DNA of 63,874 nucleotides, the filler included. It is 5 parts of 5 records of this genome, joined end to end, with 100 filler letters (N's around TTAATTAATTAA, not from the genome) between each part and the next. Parts side by side here need not be neighbours in the genome. Positions count along the whole stretch, not along the records: positions 1 to 15,838 come from DRR723986_4034; positions 15,939 to 31,727 come from DRR723986_4040; 3 more parts are not named here. The stretch is one strand, 5' to 3'. The position numbers and the translations under genes were made by a program. Of the stretch, positions 9,120 to 16,189 are shown one piece after another (positions within the stretch are counted from its first letter, which is position 1; each line of letters starts with the position of its first letter). The notes beneath the pieces were generated by a model. It ran no database searches, had not been told where the DNA came from, and worked only from the letters and a program-made list of their open reading frames with translations.

Positions 9120-10802
9120 TTACTGAACAAGGATGAATTCATTCGTGTTCAAAATGGCCCACCACAAATCGGCCATAACCTCATCTATCTTGCCACTCTT
9201 TGCCTTCAGCAACTGGCCCGCGAGACGCAATTCTCGCTGCGAAGCACGTCGCCCAAGTCCGGCTTGGAATAGCGTATGCACTTGTTCGGCAAAGCTCAGG
9301 CCACTGCCTTTCAACTGTGCCAAGAAAGAACCTTGCTCAGTTGAGATAGAACGTTTAACTAGGTCGCCGTTGAACAACATCAATGCCTGAGGAATTGAGC
9401 CGTTAAACGTTGTCGACTCATCGCCTTCGTCAGTGCCGAACGCGACCACAAATTGACTCAGCCAACGGTCTCGATCCTGCTGTTGCTTTTCCAGGGAACC
9501 GCGAGCGGCTCCGCCGAGCAACACGAGCGACTGGTACAACTGTTCAGCCGTCATTTGACGCAGGTAAAAGTGCGTGAACTGTGGCGTCTCACCAACGGTA
9601 GGATCGTCGGCTTCGTTGTCGTCAATGATTTTGCTCGAAAGTTGATAAGCGTCGCTGAGCGTGATCCACTTCATCAGTGCTTTCAAGTCAAAGCTGTTCT
9701 TGCGAACTTCACCGGCAAGATAATCCAACAAAAGCGGGTGCGAAGGAATCGTGTGCGGTCCCAAGTCGTCCATCGGCTTGGTGAACGCGTAGCCCATAAA
9801 GTGGGCCCACATTCGATTGACAAGCATCTTGTCCAAGAACTCGCTTTGAACAATGAACTGCCCCAACTGATTGCGGCGATTTACTTCTGAAACATAGCCG
9901 CTTCGCTCAATTTCGTTGCCGTCAACAAAAACAGGATAGGCAACTCGCGTCAGGCCGTTGCGCTCTTCGTAGTAGATCTCTGCCTCAGAAGGACGGCCGC
10001 CTTCTCCGGCAAAGTCTTGATCAACCAATTCGGCGTAGTCGATATCTCGCGAGCCGTCGACGAATCGTCGTAGCGATCGCGACTGACGGAAGAATGCGTT
10101 GAACTCCCAGAACTTCTGCTGCTTCCACTGATTGAATGGATGGTTGTGGCACTGCGTGCACTGAACTTGCAGTCCTAAGAAAATGCGGCTCGTCGCCGAC
10201 GTGGCGAGCGTCCCATCTTCGTCGTTGACTTTGTCGATCAGAAAATTGACAGCTCCATTGAAACCCTCTGTTCCAGGCTTCGTTGTCCCAGTTGCAGTTA
10301 CCAGTTCAAAAGCCATCCGATCATAGGGCTTATTGCTCGCAAAGCTGTCGCGCAGATACTTGGCCATGCCGGAACGATCGATCATGCTGCGCCGGTCGTT
10401 TCCACCGCTGCGGCCGATCAAAATGTTGCTCCAGACCGTAGCCCAGTGACCGGCATATTCTCCGGTGTACTGGGAATCATTGAGAAGCTTGTCGACCAGC
10501 TTCTCTTTCTTTGCCGGATCGCGGTCTTTGACGAATGCCTTCAGTTCGGTAAGTGATGGAGTGCGCCCAATCAGATCTAGAAAGACGCGACGACACCACT
10601 TCCCGTCTTCTTCAACAGGACTCGGCTTCAGCCCGTAAGCTTCCCACTGAGTGGCCAACTGCTTGTTGATTTCTTGAACCTGTGGAATCGCGACCTTGGC
10701 CTTCCGCTGAGCAACGGCCAGGGAGGCTGGCACGATCAATGCAGCAGCAAAACACATTGCCAGAAGTCGGATATGCAGTCTTATTGAAGCTGTGTGAATC
10801 AT
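9120..10802 (-). CDS. DUF1549/DUF1553 (PSD1-type) domain protein with signal peptide and CxxCH
   Basis: WCRRVFLDLIGRTP, FLGLQVQCTQCHNHPF, VNRMWAHFMG, PSHPLLLDYLA, ITLSDAYQLSS, MTAEQLYQSL, PQALMLFNG, LWWAILNTNEF. Confidence 0.92.
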   Translation of the reverse strand: MIHTASIRLHIRLLAMCFAAALIVPASLAVAQRKAKVAIPQVQEINKQLATQWEAYGLKPSPVEEDGKWCRRVFLDLIGRTPSLTELKAFVKDRDPAKKEKLVDKLLNDSQYTGEYAGHWATVWSNILIGRSGGNDRRSMIDRSGMAKYLRDSFASNKPYDRMAFELVTATGTTKPGTEGFNGAVNFLIDKVNDEDGTLATSATSRIFLGLQVQCTQCHNHPFNQWKQQKFWEFNAFFRQSRSLRRFVDGSRDIDYAELVDQDFAGEGGRPSEAEIYYEERNGLTRVAYPVFVDGNEIERSGYVSEVNRRNQLGQFIVQSEFLDKMLVNRMWAHFMGYAFTKPMDDLGPHTIPSHPLLLDYLAGEVRKNSFDLKALMKWITLSDAYQLSSKIIDDNEADDPTVGETPQFTHFYLRQMTAEQLYQSLVLLGGAARGSLEKQQQDRDRWLSQFVVAFGTDEGDESTTFNGSIPQALMLFNGDLVKRSISTEQGSFLAQLKGSGLSFAEQVHTLFQAGLGRRASQRELRLAGQLLKAKSGKIDEVMADLWWAILNTNEFILVQ

Positions 10803-11227
10803 TCACTAAATCCCAAAAATGACGACTGATGAGCAATCGAGGCAGCCCGCACGGAAAGTCATGGCCACGGCCAGCAAACAAACATTCCGAAGGCGCGAAA
10901 ACCCCTCTGTAGGGCTGTCTGTGGCGTTGCTGGTCCCAGAAGCCACTCGGATGGGACGGCTCTCAAGCCACAGACACCTGCAACATTACCAATACGGTAA
11001 TGGCGTAGCAGTAATACTGTGAAAACGGCACTCGCTACCAGTTCATTGCTCTAATAGCTAAGCGAAGCCCACTTTTTAAGTGTACTCAACAAACGTTGGC
11101 CCAAAGGACTACAATTCGGCTTCCCACGGGCGAAAACAGCCCGCAAGTCGCAATAATGCGACTTGAAACCTGTGAAATTGCACGATTGCCCCACTCTCGC
11201 GAGCGACGCCGCTCAGGACGTTGAACC

Positions 11228-12184
11228 ATGCCGCTCCATAAAGAAGCTGCCGATTTCTTGACCTCATTGGCCGAACAGGATCCTCCCGGTTGGCATGAAC
11301 TCAGCCCTTCACAAGCACGCGAAATCTTCGCTTCTTTAGCTGTGCTGTTTGGCGAAAAACCGGGAATCGAAACCGTCGTCGACTACTGGATTTCCCTGGA
11401 AGACGCCCGGCAGGACGATGAAACGGCGGCTCGCAACGGCGAAGTGCGATGCCGATTGTTTCAGACCGACACGCCCAGCGATACGACGTTGGTCTACTTC
11501 CACGGCGGCGGTTGGGTCCTAGGCAACACGGAAACCCATGACGCCCTCTGCCGCAAAATCGCCCTGGCAAGTCAAGCAACGGTGATCTCCGTCGACTATC
11601 GACTTTCGCCAGAAGCTCAGTATCCCGAGCCGCTGGATGATTGCGTGCTCGCAGTTGAATCGGTCGTCGCCCATGCAGATAAACTGGGATGCGGGACCAA
11701 AATTGTCCTCGCTGGAGATAGCGCAGGCGGAAACCTCGCCATGGCGACTGCTCTAAGAATTCGTGATATCACAAACAGTAAGGCTGCCGTTTCGGCGATG
11801 GCCCTGCTTTACCCCGTTGTTCAAGCGGACTTCGAAACCGAGTCCTACACTAAATACGAATCTGGCTTCGGACTCACCCGTGAAACCATGCAGTGGTTCT
11901 GGCAGCAGTACCTTGGTCAAGCAAAGCCAGACGGCTACGCAAACCTTCTGGATGCGAGCCTGGCAGGGCTTCCGCCAACCCTGTTGCTCACTGCCGAGTT
12001 CGATGTGTTGCGCGACGAAGGTTGCACACTGGCCAAGCAGCTTGCACAAGCAGGTGTTTCGGTGACGCACTCCGAGTACGCCGGCCAGTTGCATGGGTTT
12101 GTTCATTTTGCTGGAGCATTCACGAAGGCCGAAGCTGCAATTGCCGAAGTTGCGGCGTTCGTTGGAGAAACTCCCAATGTTTGA
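11228..12184 (+). CDS. alpha/beta hydrolase, HSL-family esterase/lipase
   Basis: YFHGGGW, GDSAGG, FDVLRDEG, HGF. Confidence 0.92.
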   Translation: MPLHKEAADFLTSLAEQDPPGWHELSPSQAREIFASLAVLFGEKPGIETVVDYWISLEDARQDDETAARNGEVRCRLFQTDTPSDTTLVYFHGGGWVLGNTETHDALCRKIALASQATVISVDYRLSPEAQYPEPLDDCVLAVESVVAHADKLGCGTKIVLAGDSAGGNLAMATALRIRDITNSKAAVSAMALLYPVVQADFETESYTKYESGFGLTRETMQWFWQQYLGQAKPDGYANLLDASLAGLPPTLLLTAEFDVLRDEGCTLAKQLAQAGVSVTHSEYAGQLHGFVHFAGAFTKAEAAIAEVAAFVGETPNV

Positions 12185-12575
12185 CGCCTTGGCAGCACAA
12201 GACGCTGAGCTTCAGCCGTGGGTCGTCTTCAGCAGCGATGGCGATGGTGACACCACCATTTCTACTTGGCAGTTGCGAGATCGTGACGAATCCGCTGTGG
12301 CTATCTTTTCTACAAGCGAAAAAGCGAACGCGTACGCAGCCGACAGCAAGAATCTGCCAGCAGACGCAGCTATCCAGAATGCACGCGACGGTTTTACGAT
12401 CCGACAACTAGACCATGTTGGACTGATTCGGCTGTTCGCAAATTGTCACCAGAATCAAATTCGCTTTGCGGTACTCGATCCTACTCAATCGGAAGTTCGC
12501 CGGGTTTTCAGCATTGCTGAAGTCCTTAAAGCTGCCCGAGAGACACTGAAGCAAGAAAAGGGAAGAGAATGCTAA
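12177..12575 (+). CDS. hypothetical protein
   Basis: ATG 12177 behind GGAG; overlaps both flanking hydrolase genes (operon-like packing); AIFSTSEKANAY and AVLDP motifs. Confidence 0.65.
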   Translation: MFDALAAQDAELQPWVVFSSDGDGDTTISTWQLRDRDESAVAIFSTSEKANAYAADSKNLPADAAIQNARDGFTIRQLDHVGLIRLFANCHQNQIRFAVLDPTQSEVRRVFSIAEVLKAARETLKQEKGREC

Positions 12576-13513
12576 ACACTTTATTACAGCCGTTGCGGTG
12601 TGGCAGGTCGCACAATGCTTTGGCGTGCGCGTTTCTTGGAACTACTTGGCTAATGTGCAGCATTGGGACGAAAGCCGCAGAACCTCAAGAAATGCGTTTG
12701 TGGGATGGCGATGCTCCGGGAGCCCTTGGGCAGGACGCGAAAGATGTGCCGACACTGATCGTGTATCAACCTGAATTGCCAGAAGGAAAGAAACCACGCG
12801 GAATTCTGGTAATCCTTCCCGGTGGTGGATACGGCCACTTGGCCATCAACCACGAAGGTCACGACATCGCTCGCTGGGCGAATTCGCAAGGACTTGTTGG
12901 CGCAATTGTCAGTTACCGGCATCGCAATCGGGGTTACGGACACCCGGCTCCAATGACCGACGCACAGCGAGCAATTCGAATCGTTCGATCCAAGGCCAAG
13001 GAGTGGAAAGCGGATCCGACGAAAGTTGGCGTTATCGGGTTTTCGGCTGGCGGGCACCTTGCCTCGACCGTCCTAACGCACTTTGAAAAACATGACGCCC
13101 CAGCCGACCGAATTGACCGTTTGAGCTCGCGGCCCGATTTTGGCATCGTGTGTTATGGCGTCATCGCACTAGGAGAAGAATACACTCACGGTGGTAGCCA
13201 GAGAAATCTACTGGGCAAGAACCCAGCACCAGAGCTGATTGAACTCCTGTCCAATGAAAAGCAAGTCAAAGCGAACACGCCGCCCTGTTTTGTGTGGCAC
13301 ACGGCCGAAGACAAGGTCGTTGACGTGAGGAATAGCCTCAGGTTTTACGAGGCTCTCTGCAAAGTGGGCAGCGACAGCGAGCTGCACGTGTTCCCCACGG
13401 GGCGACATGGACTGGGACTGGCTCCCGAGTCCCCCGGTGCATCGGAGTGGCCATCGCTGTGCGAAGACTGGTTGAATCGCACAGTGCTCGAACGAACGGT
13501 CGGTAAGCAGTAG
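12569..13513 (+). CDS. exported alpha/beta hydrolase (carbohydrate esterase, BD-FAE-like)
   Basis: signal peptide; LPGGGY, DAQRAIR, GFSAGGHLA, HTAED, GRHGLG. Confidence 0.85.
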   Translation: MLNTLLQPLRCGRSHNALACAFLGTTWLMCSIGTKAAEPQEMRLWDGDAPGALGQDAKDVPTLIVYQPELPEGKKPRGILVILPGGGYGHLAINHEGHDIARWANSQGLVGAIVSYRHRNRGYGHPAPMTDAQRAIRIVRSKAKEWKADPTKVGVIGFSAGGHLASTVLTHFEKHDAPADRIDRLSSRPDFGIVCYGVIALGEEYTHGGSQRNLLGKNPAPELIELLSNEKQVKANTPPCFVWHTAEDKVVDVRNSLRFYEALCKVGSDSELHVFPTGRHGLGLAPESPGASEWPSLCEDWLNRTVLERTVGKQ

Positions 13514-14067
13514 TGAATCAAGACAACGACAATTTGCTACGCTCAGCCGCGGAGGACTTGAAGCAAGCGCTGGTAGCCGCCGATGGCCGGATCGTTTTTG
13601 CAGAGAGCTGCACCTGCGGGCGCGTCGCTGCAACCCTCGGTGAGATTCCAGGCATTTCCGCTCGTCTTTGCGGCAGCTTTGTGGTCTATCGCAACGCCTC
13701 CAAATCAGGCTGGTTGGGCGTTGATCCCGCTATGCTGGATGACCCGGAGATAGGTTCGGTCAGCCACCAAGCCTCTGCTGCGTTGGCTAAGGCGGCGCTT
13801 GTGAAAACGCCGGAAGCGGATATTGCCATCGCGGTCACTGGTGATGTCGGCCCTGGCGCGCCCGTTGAGACCGATGGCAGGATCTTCCTGGCGGCCGCCT
13901 GGCGCGCACGTGGCAATGTCACCACATCCGAGGCACGCCGCAGTTTGCGCGATTGCTACACAACCGAGTCTTCCGCGGCTGCGGTTCGACGGCAGCGATT
14001 AATTGATGCAACCATCCAAACGCTCCGCTGGTCAGCCGAACAGGTCGCCGGAAGTCTCGGCGAGTAG
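13513..14067 (+). CDS. CinA/PncC family protein (NMN amidohydrolase-like)
   Basis: AESCTCG, PGIS, GSVS, AVTGDVGPG. Confidence 0.85.
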   Translation: MNQDNDNLLRSAAEDLKQALVAADGRIVFAESCTCGRVAATLGEIPGISARLCGSFVVYRNASKSGWLGVDPAMLDDPEIGSVSHQASAALAKAALVKTPEADIAIAVTGDVGPGAPVETDGRIFLAAAWRARGNVTTSEARRSLRDCYTTESSAAAVRRQRLIDATIQTLRWSAEQVAGSLGE

Positions 14068-14211
14068 ATTCTGGTGGCCGCAGAATCGCATTGGGATATA
14101 TCGTCGCTTTCCGACGCGGCTTGTTCAACCTACCAATCCATTGCCGCTGCGTTGGTCTATCATAGAGAGTAGTCCCAGACACTTGCCAACGGAATCGATC
14201 GCGGTCCAGCT

Positions 14212-15678
14212 ATGACACGAATGCCAATCGACGTCGAACTTAGTCGCCAACTACTGACCGAACAGACTCGGCGGCACTTCTTATCCAAGTGTACGACTGG
14301 TTTGGGGGCGGCGTTCCTGGCCACGCAAGCATCTGGTGCGCAAGCGGCGGACTTGGATCACGCGTCCAGTCACGTTCCCCACTTTCCAGCCAAAGCCAAA
14401 CGGGTCATCTTTCTCCACATGATTGGCGCACCCAGCCAGTTGGAGCTCTTCGACTATCGGCCAGAACTCAAGAAGTTTGACGGCAAAGAGTGCCCCAAGG
14501 AATACTTGGAGGGACAGCGATTTGCCTTCATCCAGGGTACTCCGCAGATGCTGGGCCCTCAGTACGCGTTCAAGCAACACGGTGAATCAGGGGCATGGGT
14601 GAGTGACAGACTTCCGAACTTTTCGAAAGTGGTCGACAACGTCGCCTTTATCAAGACGATGCAGACCGATCAGTTTAACCATGGCCCAGCGCAGCTAATG
14701 GTCCATTGCGGCCAACCTAGGATTGGCTATCCGTCGGCTGGCTCCTGGGTCAACTGGGGATTGGGCACTGAGAACGAGGATTTGCCGGGGTTTATCGTGC
14801 TACTTTCAGGAGGCAGACAACCTCGAGTTGGCAACTCGCTCTGGGGTGGAGGGTTTCTCCCTTCGGTGTATCAAGGAGTTCAGTGTCGATCCAAGGGCGA
14901 TCCCGTCTTGAACGTGTCCAATCCGGCAGGAGAATCACGCCAGGATCGACGAAGACTGCTCGACACGCTCAATTCACTAAATGAAATGACGTACAACGAG
15001 TACAAAGATCCCGAAACGCTGACCCGAATGTCGCAGTACGAGATGGCGTTTCGCATGCAAACGGCCGTCCCGGACGCCATGGATATCTCCCAGGAAAGCA
15101 AAGCCACTCACGAGGAATACGGGACACAGCCAGGCAAAGAATCGTTCGCCAACAACTGCCTGCTCGCTCGACGTTTGGCCGAACGCGGTGTTCGTTTCAT
15201 CCAGTTGTTCGACTGGGGGTGGGACTCGCACGGTTCTCAGAAGTCCGAATCACTTAACGAAGGCTTCAAAGGCAAGTGCCAACAGATTGATCGTCCAATC
15301 ACCGCTTTACTGGTTGACCTCCAGCGGCGAGGCATGCTGGAAGATACGCTAGTTGTCTGGGGCGGAGAATTTGGCCGGACAAGCATGGCTGAAAACCGCG
15401 GTGGCGTTTCGACGAAGTTTGTCGGCCGCGACCATAATCCCAATGCGTTTACGTTCTGGATGGCCGGCGGTGGCGTTAAGCCGGGCATGACTTATGGCGA
15501 GACGGACCCGATGGGCTACCAACCTGCGGAAAATCCGGTTCAACTCCGCGACTTCCACGCAACGATGCTCCATCTGCTTGGTATCGACCACCATCGTTTC
15601 TCGCAGCCATTCCAAGGTCTCGATCAACGACTGACCGGAGTGAAGCCAGCTCGCGTCATCGAAGAAATCCTTGCTTAG
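14212..15678 (+). CDS. DUF1501 family protein with Tat signal
   Basis: TRRHFL; KAKRVIFLHMIGAPSQLELFDY, NHGPAQ, CLLARRLAERGVRFIQL, WDSH, WGGEFGRT, GRDHNP. Confidence 0.92.
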   Translation: MTRMPIDVELSRQLLTEQTRRHFLSKCTTGLGAAFLATQASGAQAADLDHASSHVPHFPAKAKRVIFLHMIGAPSQLELFDYRPELKKFDGKECPKEYLEGQRFAFIQGTPQMLGPQYAFKQHGESGAWVSDRLPNFSKVVDNVAFIKTMQTDQFNHGPAQLMVHCGQPRIGYPSAGSWVNWGLGTENEDLPGFIVLLSGGRQPRVGNSLWGGGFLPSVYQGVQCRSKGDPVLNVSNPAGESRQDRRRLLDTLNSLNEMTYNEYKDPETLTRMSQYEMAFRMQTAVPDAMDISQESKATHEEYGTQPGKESFANNCLLARRLAERGVRFIQLFDWGWDSHGSQKSESLNEGFKGKCQQIDRPITALLVDLQRRGMLEDTLVVWGGEFGRTSMAENRGGVSTKFVGRDHNPNAFTFWMAGGGVKPGMTYGETDPMGYQPAENPVQLRDFHATMLHLLGIDHHRFSQPFQGLDQRLTGVKPARVIEEILA

Positions 15679-15712
15679 CAACGCAGAATAACGTGAATCG
15701 CAGAAGGAAATA

Positions 15713-15786
15713 GAAACGCAGAGAAGCAGAGGACGCAGAGTTTTTGTCCGCGCGGCTCCTGTGCGTTCTCTGCGTCTCTGCATTTC
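15713..15786. repeat. REP-like inverted repeat built from CGCAGAG units
   Basis: GAAACGCAGAGAAGCAGAGGACGCAGAG (15713-15740) pairs with CTGTGCGTTCTCTGCGTCTCTGCATTTC (15759-15786), 4 mismatches in 28. Confidence 0.7.
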
Positions 15787-15838
15787 AAAACTGTCGGCAT
15801 GGCAACGCCTAACTTGCGTTCGCAGCGGCGATAGTAGC

Positions 15839-15938
15839 NNNNNNNNNNNNNNNNNNNNNNNNNNNNNNNNNNNNNNNNNNNNTTAATTAATTAANNNNNN
15901 NNNNNNNNNNNNNNNNNNNNNNNNNNNNNNNNNNNNNN
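15839..15938. other. artificial contig junction (N run with TTAATTAATTAA linker)
   Basis: 44 N + 12-nt all-frame stop linker + 44 N; gene content changes lineage across it. Confidence 0.98.
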
Positions 15939-15967
15939 AAAAACTAACAAAAAGAAAAAAGCCAGCC
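15939..15967 (+). repeat. dispersed intergenic repeat, copy 1 (cut by the contig start)
   Basis: AAAACTAACAAAAAGAAAAAAGCCAGCC matches 20589-20619. Confidence 0.65.
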
Positions 15968-16114
15968 ATTGAAATGCAATGAAAAGGGCGCAGCGCCTCA
16001 AACTTCAGGCAGCTGCCGTACCAGGAGAAACCCTTGATCGGGGGAGTTAGTAATATACTGTTCACTTGCAGCTCCAGTCAATTGATCCTGCTCAAAAGCA
16101 TATTGCTCTTAAAC

Positions 16115-16147
16115 AAAAAAGCCGCCCCGAATTAATCGGAGCGGCTT
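16115..16147 (-). terminator. rho-independent terminator of the repeat lipoprotein gene
   Basis: AAGCCGCCCCGA-ATTAA-TCGGAGCGGCTT stem; U run on the minus strand. Confidence 0.8.
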
Positions 16148-16189
16148 ATGTTAGGCGTCTAAACTATTAACCCAAATGCTGGGCGCAGT

